In this document: positions 38,143-47,493 of the stretch, piece by piece
Layout of the letters: every line of letters starts with the position of its first letter
How positions within the stretch are numbered: the first letter of the stretch is position 1
From: a virus
Lineage: Duplodnaviria; Caudoviricetes
Direction: 5' to 3' (one strand)
IMG/VR virus record: IMGVR_UViG_3300020578_000107
Coordinates: 1 to 53,738 of that record
Length of the DNA: 53,738 nucleotides
The notes under the pieces: generated by a model
Told to the model about the DNA's origin: nothing
The model's database searches: none
Seen by the model: only the letters and a program-made list of their open reading frames with translations
Made by a program: the position numbers and the translations under genes

Positions 38143-39816
38143 ATGGCAAGACTGTTTGGTTTTTCAATTGAAGATAAAGAGCCATTGCCTCAGACTGCGG
38201 TTTCCCCCGTTCCTCCCAATAATGAGGACGGGGTTGACCACTACATGAGTAGTGGCTTTTTTGGTTCATATGTAGATCTGGAAGGTGTTTATAGAACAGA
38301 ATTTGAATTAATTAAAAGATATCGTGAAATGGCGCTTCATCCAGAAGTTGATAGTGCCATTGAAGATATTGTAAATGAAGCGATTGTTTCGGATAGCAAT
38401 GATGTTCCGGTGCAAATTGATCTAGACAATCTAAATGCTAGTGATGGGATAAAGAAAAAAATACGTCAAGAATTTAAATATATTTTAGATCTTTTAGATT
38501 TTGATAAAAAATCTCATGAAATTTATAGGAATTGGTATATTGATGGTAGAATCTTTTACCATAAAATTATAGATTTTAAAAATCCTCAAGAAGGGATTAA
38601 AGAACTTCGATACATTGACGCAATGAAAATGCGTTATGTAAGGAAAGAAAAGAAAAAAGATAATGATAGTAGATTAAGAAATATTCAAGTTATTCAAACT
38701 GATAATCCTATGGATTATGAGTTTCCTGAACTAGAAGAATATTTTATTTACAATCCAAGAACAATTTACCCATCAGCAAATCCAGGTCAAACTGGTGCTA
38801 GTCAGGGAATTAAAATTGCAAAGGACGCCATTACCTATTGCACATCTGGACTTGTAGATAGAAATAAAGGAAATACATTATCTTATCTACACAAAGCAAT
38901 TAAATCTCTCAATCAACTTCGCATGATTGAAGACTCTCTGGTTATCTATCGTCTGTCACGCGCACCAGAAAGAAGAATTTTCTACATCGATGTGGGTAAT
39001 CTTCCCAAGGTCAAAGCAGAACAATATCTGCGTGATGTCATGATGCGTTATCGTAATAAGTTAGTTTACGATGCAAGTACTGGCGAAGTTCGTGATGATA
39101 AAAAAATGATGGCGATGCTTGAAGATTTCTGGCTTCCAAGACGTGAGGGTGGTAGAGGAACGGAAATTACAACTCTCCCCGGTGGACAAAATCTTGGGGA
39201 AATCACTGACATTAATTATTTTCAAAGTAAACTTTATAGATCTCTAAACGTTCCACCATCTAGAATGGATGGAGAAGGTGGATTTAATCTTGGCAGATCA
39301 TCCGAAATTCTACGGGACGAGTTAAAGTTCACCAAATTTGTTGGTCGTTTGAGAAAAAGATTCTCAAATGTGTTTAATGATATGCTAAAAACTCAACTGA
39401 TTCTCAAAAATATAGTAACCACAGAAGATTGGGAAATCATGAGTCAGCATATTCAATATGACTTCTTATATGATAATCATTTCTCTGAATTAAAAGATGC
39501 GGAATTGATGAACGAAAGACTGACGATGGTTGCAACAGCAGAATCATATGTTGGAAAATATTTTTCTCAGGACTATGTGCGTAGAAAGATTCTTCGCCAA
39601 ACTGATGAAGAAATCATTGAACAAGATAAGTTGATCGAAAAAGAAATTAAAAATGGTATTATTCCAGACCCAAATACTTTAATCGATCCAACAACTGATG
39701 CCTCAATGAATTCAAATGCATCTATGGATTTGGGAGCACCTATTATGGAACCAGATCTAGAATCCCAATCAAAGGTGGTTAAACCGCCAGAAATGCCCAA
39801 CGGGGGTGAAATATAA
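38143..39816 (+). CDS. gp20: portal vertex protein, T4 gp20
   Basis: SYLHKAIK..NQLRMIEDSLVIYRLSRAPERRIFYIDVGN, EDFWLPRREGGRGTEI; TAAATA at 38110-38115. Confidence 0.98.
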   Translation: MARLFGFSIEDKEPLPQTAVSPVPPNNEDGVDHYMSSGFFGSYVDLEGVYRTEFELIKRYREMALHPEVDSAIEDIVNEAIVSDSNDVPVQIDLDNLNASDGIKKKIRQEFKYILDLLDFDKKSHEIYRNWYIDGRIFYHKIIDFKNPQEGIKELRYIDAMKMRYVRKEKKKDNDSRLRNIQVIQTDNPMDYEFPELEEYFIYNPRTIYPSANPGQTGASQGIKIAKDAITYCTSGLVDRNKGNTLSYLHKAIKSLNQLRMIEDSLVIYRLSRAPERRIFYIDVGNLPKVKAEQYLRDVMMRYRNKLVYDASTGEVRDDKKMMAMLEDFWLPRREGGRGTEITTLPGGQNLGEITDINYFQSKLYRSLNVPPSRMDGEGGFNLGRSSEILRDELKFTKFVGRLRKRFSNVFNDMLKTQLILKNIVTTEDWEIMSQHIQYDFLYDNHFSELKDAELMNERLTMVATAESYVGKYFSQDYVRRKILRQTDEEIIEQDKLIEKEIKNGIIPDPNTLIDPTTDASMNSNASMDLGAPIMEPDLESQSKVVKPPEMPNGGEI

Positions 39817-39819
39817 ATA
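39812..39819 (+). promoter_or_regulatory. consensus T4 late promoter TATAAATA
   Basis: Exact gp55 consensus, overlapping the gp20 stop codon. Confidence 0.75.
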
Positions 39820-39845
39820 CAACAGTCATTCATTAATGAATTAAA

Positions 39846-40016
39846 ATGGAAGAACTCTTAGATATGATTGTTACTGATGAATCCCCCATTCAAATCAGTG
39901 ATAAAATTAAAGAACTTCTCTTTGCAAAATCAGCGGAGAAAATCGATTCTTTTCGTCCATCAGTAGCATCTAATATGTTTGATGAGGATGAAATTGAAGA
40001 TTTTGGGGAAGAATAA
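39846..40016 (+). CDS. small acidic protein (56 aa), probably a gp67-like prohead core protein
   Basis: Read by hand: MEELLDMIVTDESPIQISDKIKELLFAKSAEKIDSFRPSVASNMFDEDEIEDFGEE; occupies the gp67 position after the portal. Confidence 0.7.
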   Translation: MEELLDMIVTDESPIQISDKIKELLFAKSAEKIDSFRPSVASNMFDEDEIEDFGEE

Positions 40017-40056
40017 TAATAATTAATAAATAACTAAAAGTGTACTATAAAAAATA

Positions 40057-40608
40057 ATGGCTCATAGACCAGTTGGATCTGGATCCTCGTTTGCATTTAC
40101 TGCAGGTGCTGCATCCACATCATCTTCTTTTTCAGTTCAATCAAGTGTTTTGAGAGTTACTGCTGTTAGTGGTGCCGCCCATGTTTTAATTGGAGGTAAT
40201 CCATCAGCGACAAATGCAGACTATTTTGTAGCATCAGGGCAAACAGTTACTCTTGCTCTTACCAAAGCATCAAATCGTGTTGTTGGAGTTACAACAGGAT
40301 CCACGACAACCATTGTCGTTCCAGAAGGAACACAAGTTCCTTTTGGTGTAGGTGATTATGTAAGTCTATCTGCAAGTGGACAATCATATTATGATTTTAC
40401 TCACAAACAAGTTTTGTCAGTTGATACTTCTTCTGGTGTCAATGGGTATTTCCAGACAAGAATGATCGTTGATCATAACAGTACCGGTATTGCAACGGCA
40501 TTTGTATCACCAGATTCAACCGTTTCTTTATCAAACAAAATTTCTGCATATGGGGTCGGTTCAGGAACTTTATACCATCAACAAGTTCAAATCACAGGAG
40601 ACGCTTAA
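40057..40608 (+). CDS. beta-rich hypothetical protein, likely virion-associated
   Basis: Ser/Thr/Gly-rich, 183 aa, late core TAAATA at 40027-40032, within the head gene cluster. Confidence 0.75.
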   Translation: MAHRPVGSGSSFAFTAGAASTSSSFSVQSSVLRVTAVSGAAHVLIGGNPSATNADYFVASGQTVTLALTKASNRVVGVTTGSTTTIVVPEGTQVPFGVGDYVSLSASGQSYYDFTHKQVLSVDTSSGVNGYFQTRMIVDHNSTGIATAFVSPDSTVSLSNKISAYGVGSGTLYHQQVQITGDA

Positions 40609-40609
40609 A

Positions 40610-41260
40610 ATGAAACTTATTAGAGAAGAGATCGAAAAAGTAGAAGTTCTTACTGAAACAGTAAACGGCAAAAAAACTCTCTATATTCAAGGACCTTTCC
40701 TACAAACTGAACAACCAAACAGGAACAATAGAATCTATCGTATGCCTGTTATGGAAAGAGAGGTAAAGCGTTATACTGAACAATATGTAAACAAGGGTCG
40801 TGCTCTTGGAGAACTTGGTCACCCTGATGGACCTACTGTAAACCTTGATAGAGTCTCGCACAAAATTGTTTCTCTTGAACAAAGAGGAAATGATTTTATT
40901 GGAAAAGCACAAATCCTATCAACTCCAATGGGTAAGATTGCAGAGTCACTTCTTAAAGAAGGAGTTACTCTTGGCGTTTCTTCTCGTGGTATTGGTTCAG
41001 TAAGACCAACAAAAGAAGGATATAATGAAGTTGGTGAAGATTTTATGCTTGCAACTGCTGCTGATATTGTTGCTGATCCTTCTGCCCCTGATGCTTTTGT
41101 TCAAGGTATTATGGAAGGCAAAGAGTGGGTATGGGATGGTGGCATCCTAAGAGAAAAGTATGCAGAAAGGGCACAAAGACGTATTAATACGCTTGTAGAC
41201 CAAAGAAAACTTGAAGAGCATAAATTAAACTTATTTAATGATTTCTTAAATAGTCTTTGA
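40610..41260 (+). CDS. gp21: prohead protease, T4 gp21
   Basis: NRNNRIY, ALGELGHP, GVSSRGIGS, DIVADPSAPDA; AGGAG at 40596-40600 supports ATG40610. Confidence 0.97.
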   Translation: MKLIREEIEKVEVLTETVNGKKTLYIQGPFLQTEQPNRNNRIYRMPVMEREVKRYTEQYVNKGRALGELGHPDGPTVNLDRVSHKIVSLEQRGNDFIGKAQILSTPMGKIAESLLKEGVTLGVSSRGIGSVRPTKEGYNEVGEDFMLATAADIVADPSAPDAFVQGIMEGKEWVWDGGILREKYAERAQRRINTLVDQRKLEEHKLNLFNDFLNSL

Positions 41261-41271
41261 AATTATTAAAA

Positions 41272-41279
41272 TATAAATA
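41272..41279 (+). promoter_or_regulatory. consensus late promoter TATAAATA (gp22-gp23)
   Basis: Exact consensus in the intergenic gap. Confidence 0.8.
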
Positions 41280-41315
41280 AATATAGATTTCATACAGGAA
41301 AATCGGAGAGTTCAA

Positions 41316-42455
41316 ATGTCTCGTGGTAAAAATTTACAAGAAATGGAAGTAGGCACTAAGCAATCCAAAACTGCTGTCAATGCCAGTGCGAAGCCAGCAG
41401 ATTCAATGGATACGTCAGGTGCCGGATCTTATGAAGATCTAGGAGGTCCTACCCCACAAAACTATAAGCCAGATGATGATTCAGCAAAGTTGAAAACACC
41501 TGGCACAACTTTAAAGCAAGTTAGAGATGTGGTTAATAAGGGCGCATCTGCTGCAGACCCAATCAAGGGTATGAAAGAAGAAGAAGAACTTGAAGATGAA
41601 GATCTTATTGAAGAAGAAATTGATGAAGATGAAGAAATTTTAGAGGATAAAGAAGAAGAGGAAGATGAGGAAGAGGGAGAAGAGGAAGATGAGAACGAAG
41701 AAGAGGAAGAAGTGGTAGAGGAAGAGTTTGACATTGAAGAAGATGTTAATGCTCTCCTAGAAGGTGAAGATCTTTCCGAGGAATTCCAAGAGAAAGCACG
41801 CATTATCTTCGAAGCTGCTCTTCGCTCAAAAGTTTCCGACATTAAGGAATCCCTAGAAGAGCAGTATGCAGCTGCTCTTCTAAAAGAAGTAGAAGTAATT
41901 AAAGAAGCACTTTCAGAGCGTGTAGATTCTTATCTAGAGTACGTCTCTGATGAGTGGTTCGCTGAGAACGCACTTACAATCGAGCACGGTCTCAAAACTG
42001 AAATGACTGAATCATTCCTCCAAGGAATGAGAGGACTTTTTGAAGAACATTATGTAACAATCCCTGAAGATAAATATGATGTGCTTGAGAGCATGGTAGA
42101 AAAACTTGATGAAATGGAAGAAAAACTCAACGAGCAAATCGAGAAAAACGTCTCCCTTAACAAGCGTCTCGCAGAGTCGGTTGCTGATGGGATTTTAGAT
42201 CAAGTCTCCGAAGGTCTCGCACAGACACAGAAAGAGAAGCTAGCTTCACTTGTTGAAAGTGTTGAGTTTGAAAGTGAAGAAGAATATCGTGAAAAACTGG
42301 AGACTTTAAGGGAATCATATTTCCCAACAAAGGGCATCTCTCCATCAGCTAAAACAGAAACCTTGTCTGAAGGTGTAGATTCTGCACCTGAAACTTACTC
42401 TGGTTCTATGGAAAGATATCTAAGAACTCTTGGTAGTTTTAGCAAAAATAACTGA
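41316..42455 (+). CDS. gp22: prohead core scaffold protein, T4 gp22
   Basis: Acidic; LSEEFQEKA..IFEAA, VDSYLEYV..EW; between gp21 and gp23. Confidence 0.93.
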   Translation: MSRGKNLQEMEVGTKQSKTAVNASAKPADSMDTSGAGSYEDLGGPTPQNYKPDDDSAKLKTPGTTLKQVRDVVNKGASAADPIKGMKEEEELEDEDLIEEEIDEDEEILEDKEEEEDEEEGEEEDENEEEEEVVEEEFDIEEDVNALLEGEDLSEEFQEKARIIFEAALRSKVSDIKESLEEQYAAALLKEVEVIKEALSERVDSYLEYVSDEWFAENALTIEHGLKTEMTESFLQGMRGLFEEHYVTIPEDKYDVLESMVEKLDEMEEKLNEQIEKNVSLNKRLAESVADGILDQVSEGLAQTQKEKLASLVESVEFESEEEYREKLETLRESYFPTKGISPSAKTETLSEGVDSAPETYSGSMERYLRTLGSFSKNN

Positions 42456-42500
42456 ATTTAATATTAGTCAAACGTAAACATTCACAAAAGGTAAACGCAA

Positions 42501-43910
42501 ATGTTCCATTCAGAGCATCTGCAGGAAAAGTGGGCTCCACTCCTCAACTATGAGGGTCTTGATCCAATCAAAGATTCCCATCGTAAGGCGGTAACCGCTG
42601 TCCTGCTAGAAAACCAAGAAAGATTTTTAAGAGAGCAATCCTCTTTTGAGAGCGCAGGTTCATTCCTAACAGAAGCACCAACCAACGCAGTTGGTAATGG
42701 TGGATTCACCAGCGCAGGTGGAACCAACACCGCAGGTTTTGATCCAGTTCTAATCTCACTCATTCGTCGTTCAATGCCCAACTTGGTCGCTTATGACCTC
42801 GCTGGCGTTCAACCAATGAGTGGTCCTACTGGACTCATCTTCGCAATGCGTTCACGCTACACCAGTCAGAGTGGCACCGAAGCTTTCTACAACGAAGCAG
42901 ATACCGCATTCTCTGGTCAGCCTGCTGGTCTGGACGACGCTAATGGTTTCAGCGATGCTATCGCTGGTATGGGTACTACTGCACAGGCAGGTTCAAACCC
43001 AGCACTGCTCAACCCAGTTGGCAGCGCAAACTCAACCGGTTACAACGTTGGTCAGGGTCTAAGAACTGATTCAGCTGAGAACCTTGATGGTGTTGGTGCA
43101 GATGCATTCAACCAGATGGCATTCTCGATCGAGAAAGTCACCGTTACTGCAAAGTCACGCGCTCTGAAAGCTGAGTACTCACTAGAACTCGCTCAGGACC
43201 TCAAGGCTATTCATGGTCTGAATGCAGAAGCTGAGTTGGCAAACATTCTGTCAACTGAGATTCTTGCAGAAATCAACCGTGAAGTCATCAGAACCATCTA
43301 CAAGGTTGCTGAGCAAGGTGCAGTTCAAAACGTTGCAACTGCTGGTGTATTCGACCTCGACGTTGACTCCAACGGTCGTTGGTCAGTTGAGAAGTTCAAG
43401 GGTCTACTCTTCCAAATCGAGCGTGATGCTAACGCAATCGCACAAAGAACTCGTCGCGGAAAGGGCAACATCATCATGTGCTCTGCTGACGTTGCTTCAG
43501 CACTGACCATGGCTGGTGTTCTCGATTACACCCCAGCACTCAACGCTAACCTCAACGTTGATGACACTGGCAACACCTTCGCAGGTGTTCTCCAAGGTAA
43601 GTACAGAGTATACATCGATCCATATTCTGCAAACCTCACCGCCAGCAACACTGCTCCTTCTAACCAGTACTATGTTGTTGGTTATAAGGGTTCCAGCCCA
43701 TATGATGCTGGTCTGTTCTATTGCCCATATGTTCCTCTCCAAATGGTTCGTGCCGTTGGTGAGAACTCCTTCCAGCCCAAAATTGGCTTCAAGACTCGTT
43801 ATGGTCTTGTTGCTAACCCATTCGCTGAAGGAACTAACCAAGGTGGTGGTGCTCTTCGTGTTAACCAAAACCGTTACTACAGAAGAGTTGCTGTTAAGAA
43901 CCTCATGTGA
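42501..43910 (+). CDS. gp23: major capsid protein, T4 gp23
   Basis: KWAPLL, LLENQE, GVQPMSGPTGLIFAMR, KSRALKAEYSLELAQDLKAIHG, FQPKIGFKTRYG. Confidence 0.99.
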   Translation: MFHSEHLQEKWAPLLNYEGLDPIKDSHRKAVTAVLLENQERFLREQSSFESAGSFLTEAPTNAVGNGGFTSAGGTNTAGFDPVLISLIRRSMPNLVAYDLAGVQPMSGPTGLIFAMRSRYTSQSGTEAFYNEADTAFSGQPAGLDDANGFSDAIAGMGTTAQAGSNPALLNPVGSANSTGYNVGQGLRTDSAENLDGVGADAFNQMAFSIEKVTVTAKSRALKAEYSLELAQDLKAIHGLNAEAELANILSTEILAEINREVIRTIYKVAEQGAVQNVATAGVFDLDVDSNGRWSVEKFKGLLFQIERDANAIAQRTRRGKGNIIMCSADVASALTMAGVLDYTPALNANLNVDDTGNTFAGVLQGKYRVYIDPYSANLTASNTAPSNQYYVVGYKGSSPYDAGLFYCPYVPLQMVRAVGENSFQPKIGFKTRYGLVANPFAEGTNQGGGALRVNQNRYYRRVAVKNLM

Positions 43911-43932
43911 TCCAATTTCACATGTAAATTCT

Positions 43933-43960
43933 GGGGGGTCTCAAAGACTCCCCTTTTTTT
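43933..43960 (+). terminator. rho-independent terminator after gp23
   Basis: GGGGGTCT-caa-AGACTCCC stem then T7; TAAATA follows at 43964-43969. Confidence 0.88.
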
Positions 43961-43980
43961 ATCTAAATATTTAAAAAAAC

Positions 43981-44529
43981 ATGACCAGGGCACAGATTGA
44001 TAATAGAAACTTTTTATCACCTACTGGGTTTAAGTTTACTTTAACAAGAACACCTAAGGTTGCATTTTTTTGCAATCAAGCAAATATTCCAGACTTGACA
44101 CTGGGAGTTGCAGTTCAACCAACATATCTAAAAGATATTGATACACCAGGAGATAAAATTTCTTTTGGTGATTTATCACTTAGATTTCTTGTTGATGAAA
44201 ATTTAGAAAACTACATGGAAATCCAAAATTGGATTCGTGGATTGGGATACCCAGAAAAACTAAGTGAGTTTGCAGATTTGCAAAATTCAGGAACAGTTCA
44301 AGGAAATTATGCAAAAGATCGCCAAAACATATATTCTGATGGAACTTTACAAGTATTAACTAGCAGTCAGATTCCAAATTTCCAAATATCATTTAAAGAC
44401 TTATTTCCATATTCTTTATCAACAATGACATTTGACGCAACAGATACTGATATACAATACTTTACAGCAGACGTAAGTTTCAAGTATACTATCTACAATA
44501 TAGTAGATCTTAGTGGCAATTCTCTATGA
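43981..44529 (+). CDS. gp3: tail tube terminator / completion protein, T4 gp3-like
   Basis: NFLSPTGF, F.VDENLENYMEIQNW, FPYSLS; follows gp23. Confidence 0.88.
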   Translation: MTRAQIDNRNFLSPTGFKFTLTRTPKVAFFCNQANIPDLTLGVAVQPTYLKDIDTPGDKISFGDLSLRFLVDENLENYMEIQNWIRGLGYPEKLSEFADLQNSGTVQGNYAKDRQNIYSDGTLQVLTSSQIPNFQISFKDLFPYSLSTMTFDATDTDIQYFTADVSFKYTIYNIVDLSGNSL

Positions 44530-44963
44530 GTTTAGACCTTGATATGATTCAAAAAATGTGGGAGCAGGACTCTAAGATTGATATGGACAATCTTCACACA
44601 GAGTCTACAAATATTCCAGTTCTCCATTCAAAATATTTTGACTTATATAATACCATTTTTCTTTTAAGAAAAAAAGCAGAGCAACAAAAAAGAAATATTA
44701 GACACGAAAGATATGAGTACTATTCTGGAAAAGCAGATCCTGATGTTTATGTGGAGAATCCATTCCCTAAAAAAATTAGGGATAAGGACACTATGCAAAA
44801 GTATTTGGACGCGGACGAAAAACTTTCAACGGTTTGTTTAAAGATTGACTACTATGACACGATGCTTGTTTATATTGAAAGCATCTTAAAAATGATACAG
44901 AATAGAACCTATCAAATTAAAAATGCTATTGAGTTTATGAGATTCAACTCTGGACTAGGGTAA
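44526..44963 (+). CDS. uvsY: recombination mediator UvsY
   Basis: WEQDSKID, LHSKY, YYSGKA, YLDADE, R.YQIKNAIE. Confidence 0.93.
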   Translation: MSLDLDMIQKMWEQDSKIDMDNLHTESTNIPVLHSKYFDLYNTIFLLRKKAEQQKRNIRHERYEYYSGKADPDVYVENPFPKKIRDKDTMQKYLDADEKLSTVCLKIDYYDTMLVYIESILKMIQNRTYQIKNAIEFMRFNSGLG

Positions 44964-44990
44964 ATAAATATTCATAGCAATTATGATGCT

Positions 44991-46463
44991 ATGAGTGACG
45001 TAATAATTGAAAAGAAAAATGAAGTTTTTTTAAAGCTTCATTGCGAACCACATATTTTATATGAACTTCAACCATACTTCACTTTTGAGGTTGAGTCGGC
45101 AAAATTTATGTCCCAGTATAGAAGCAGACACTGGGATGGTAAGATTAGATTGCTCAGCACTCATACCGGAGAAATATACGCCGGATTATTAGATAAGATA
45201 ATCGATAAAATTTCTCTTCACAATTATCAATACGAGTTTAAAGAAAATAAATTTTATGGGAAACCTTTTGAGATAGACCAAGGAATCTCGTATGAGGGTG
45301 TAAAAGATTATATGAAATCTATTTGTTCTCATTCTCCACGGGAATATCAAGTAGAGGGAGTATACGATGCTCTAAGACATAATAGAAAATTATTGATATC
45401 ACCCACAGCCTCAGGTAAATCCTTAATGATTTATTCCCTTGTAAGGTATTATGTAGATAAAGGACAAAAAATTCTTTTAGTTGTTCCAACGACATCTCTT
45501 GTAGAGCAGATGTACAAGGATTTCGAAGATTATGGTTGGGATGCTGAGTCATATTGTCACAAAATCTATTCCGGTAGAGAAAAAACAAATGAACATCCTG
45601 TAACGATTACTACTTGGCAGTCTGTATATAAATTAGAACGTTCATTCTTTGAAGAATATAATTGTATTATAGGCGATGAGGCTCATCTTTTCAAGAGCAA
45701 ATCTTTAATAGAAATTATGACAAAACTTCATCATGCAAAATATCGTTTTGGATTTACTGGAACTCTTGATGGAACACAAACTCATAAATGGGTTTTGGAA
45801 GGTTTGTTTGGACCATCATATAAAGTAACAAAAACTGATGAACTAATGCGACAAGGACATCTTTCGGAATTAGAAATTCAATGTATTGTTCTAAAACATC
45901 CACCACAAAAATTTGAAAACTATGAAGATGAAATTCAATATTTAATATCTCACGATCAGAGAAATAAATTTATTACAAATCTTGCTTTAGATTTAAAGGG
46001 AAATACTCTTGTTCTTTTTTCTAGAGTAGAAGCACATGGAGCAATACTCTATGAGAAGATAAATAACAACAAAGGTGAAAACCGCAAAGTATTTTTTATA
46101 CATGGTGGAGTGGTCACTGAAGAAAGAGAACTAGTTAGAGAAATTGCAGAAAGAGAAAACAACGCTATTATCGTGGCATCTTATGGGACTTTTTCTACCG
46201 GTATTAATATTCGTAACTTACATAACGTTGTGTTTTCGTCACCATCAAAATCAAGAATTAGAAATCTTCAATCTATCGGAAGAGTTCTCAGAAAAGGAAA
46301 AGACAAAGTAAAAGCAACACTTTATGATATTGCTGATGATTGTTCATACAATTCAAGAAAAAATTATACATTGAATCATCTCATAGAAAGAATTAAGATA
46401 TACAATGAAGAAAATTTCAACTATGAAATAATAACTATACAACTTAAAAAAAATGGGAATTGA
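44991..46463 (+). CDS. uvsW: SF2 helicase UvsW
   Basis: WDGKIRL, SPTASGKS, DEAH, TGT, QSIGRVLR; TAAATA at 44961-44970. Confidence 0.96.
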   Translation: MSDVIIEKKNEVFLKLHCEPHILYELQPYFTFEVESAKFMSQYRSRHWDGKIRLLSTHTGEIYAGLLDKIIDKISLHNYQYEFKENKFYGKPFEIDQGISYEGVKDYMKSICSHSPREYQVEGVYDALRHNRKLLISPTASGKSLMIYSLVRYYVDKGQKILLVVPTTSLVEQMYKDFEDYGWDAESYCHKIYSGREKTNEHPVTITTWQSVYKLERSFFEEYNCIIGDEAHLFKSKSLIEIMTKLHHAKYRFGFTGTLDGTQTHKWVLEGLFGPSYKVTKTDELMRQGHLSELEIQCIVLKHPPQKFENYEDEIQYLISHDQRNKFITNLALDLKGNTLVLFSRVEAHGAILYEKINNNKGENRKVFFIHGGVVTEERELVREIAERENNAIIVASYGTFSTGINIRNLHNVVFSSPSKSRIRNLQSIGRVLRKGKDKVKATLYDIADDCSYNSRKNYTLNHLIERIKIYNEENFNYEIITIQLKKNGN

Positions 46464-46848
46464 AGAAGACTTTTATGCAACTCTTAAATTAAAAACAGGC
46501 GAAGAAATATTTGCCAAAGTGGCAGCATCTGAGGAAGAAGATAGAACTGTTCTTATTGTTACAAATCCAATTATCGTAAATGAAATAAGAACAAGGCAAG
46601 GTATTTCGGCATATAAAATAGAACCATGGTTGAAAACAACCAAAGATGATATGTTTATTATTAATTTAGATGATGTGTTAACAATGTCAGAGTCTTCTGA
46701 TATAGAAATGATAGTACTATATCAAAATTATGTTAGACAATCAAATAAAGAAGCAAATAAACATTCGAAGATAAGTCGTCAAATGGGTTACATTTCAAAT
46801 GTAAATGATGCTAAGGAAATATTAGAAAAGATCTTTAAAAATAGCTAA
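46453..46848 (+). CDS. conserved hypothetical protein between uvsW and gp55
   Basis: KLKTGEEI..PW pattern; overlaps the uvsW stop. Confidence 0.8.
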   Translation: MGIEEDFYATLKLKTGEEIFAKVAASEEEDRTVLIVTNPIIVNEIRTRQGISAYKIEPWLKTTKDDMFIINLDDVLTMSESSDIEMIVLYQNYVRQSNKEANKHSKISRQMGYISNVNDAKEILEKIFKNS

Positions 46849-46877
46849 AATACATCTTATGAACCTCCACAAAGGTT

Positions 46878-46906
46878 ATTATATACAGTTTGTTATACCT
46901 TGTCAA
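46878..46906 (-). promoter_or_regulatory. perfect-consensus antisense sigma70 promoter TTGACA-N17-TATAAT
   Basis: Reverse complement of 46901-46906 is TTGACA and of 46878-46883 is TATAAT; 17-bp spacer. Confidence 0.7.
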
Positions 46907-46928
46907 CTATTTCTGAAAGTGTTATAAT
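46900..46928 (+). promoter_or_regulatory. sigma70 promoter of gp55: TTGTCA-N17-TATAAT, extended -10
   Basis: TTGTCA 46900-46905, TG 46920-46921, TATAAT 46923-46928. Confidence 0.75.
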
Positions 46929-46953
46929 ATCTACATAATAATGATAAAAACTT

Positions 46954-47493
46954 ATGATAACTACGGCAGTCATGACCAAAAGAAAGAGGTCAGAGCATTA
47001 CGTTAACAACAAAGAGTTTCTTACTGCTCTCATTAAGTATCGTGAGGATGTTGAAATAACATTTATTCAAAAGTATGGCAGAGAACCTACGAAAGATGAT
47101 CGTTCTCAAAGATGGGACACAAAACCTCCTATTCCTCGCTACATTGGAGAGTGTTTTCTGAAAATTGCTAATCATTTGTCTTTCAAACCAAACTTCGTGA
47201 ACTATATGTTTAAGGAGGATATGATCTCTGATGGAATCGAAAATTGCGTTCAATATGTTCATAATTTTAATCCTGAGAAATCCCAGAATCCTTTTGCTTA
47301 CTTTACACAGATTATTCATTATGCGTTTCTCCGCAGAATTCAAAGAGAAAAGCGTCAGTTAGAAATCAAAAACAAAATCCTAGAAAGATCTGAATTCTCC
47401 GAAGTGTTTACAGACGACAATACAGTTGACGGTGGGAACTATTCCGATTACAATAGTATCAAAGACGGAGTTCACAGTAAGTTAAGGTATTGA
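46954..47493 (+). CDS. gp55: late-transcription sigma factor, T4 gp55
   Basis: HYVNNKEF, IGECFLKIA..LS..PNF, DMISDGIE, NPFAYFTQI..AFLRRI. Confidence 0.97.
   Translation: MITTAVMTKRKRSEHYVNNKEFLTALIKYREDVEITFIQKYGREPTKDDRSQRWDTKPPIPRYIGECFLKIANHLSFKPNFVNYMFKEDMISDGIENCVQYVHNFNPEKSQNPFAYFTQIIHYAFLRRIQREKRQLEIKNKILERSEFSEVFTDDNTVDGGNYSDYNSIKDGVHSKLRY

Noticed and set aside
40469-40609. Long N-terminal extensions in the ORF track for gp21 (also 28373, 50602, 27142, 53167)
   Set aside because: They start at near-cognate codons overlapping upstream genes; downstream ATGs fit family N-termini or SD positions better
41462-41842. Minus-strand poly-Ser ORF and the GAA-rich tract
   Set aside because: Antisense shadow of the ordinary Glu-rich linker of gp22
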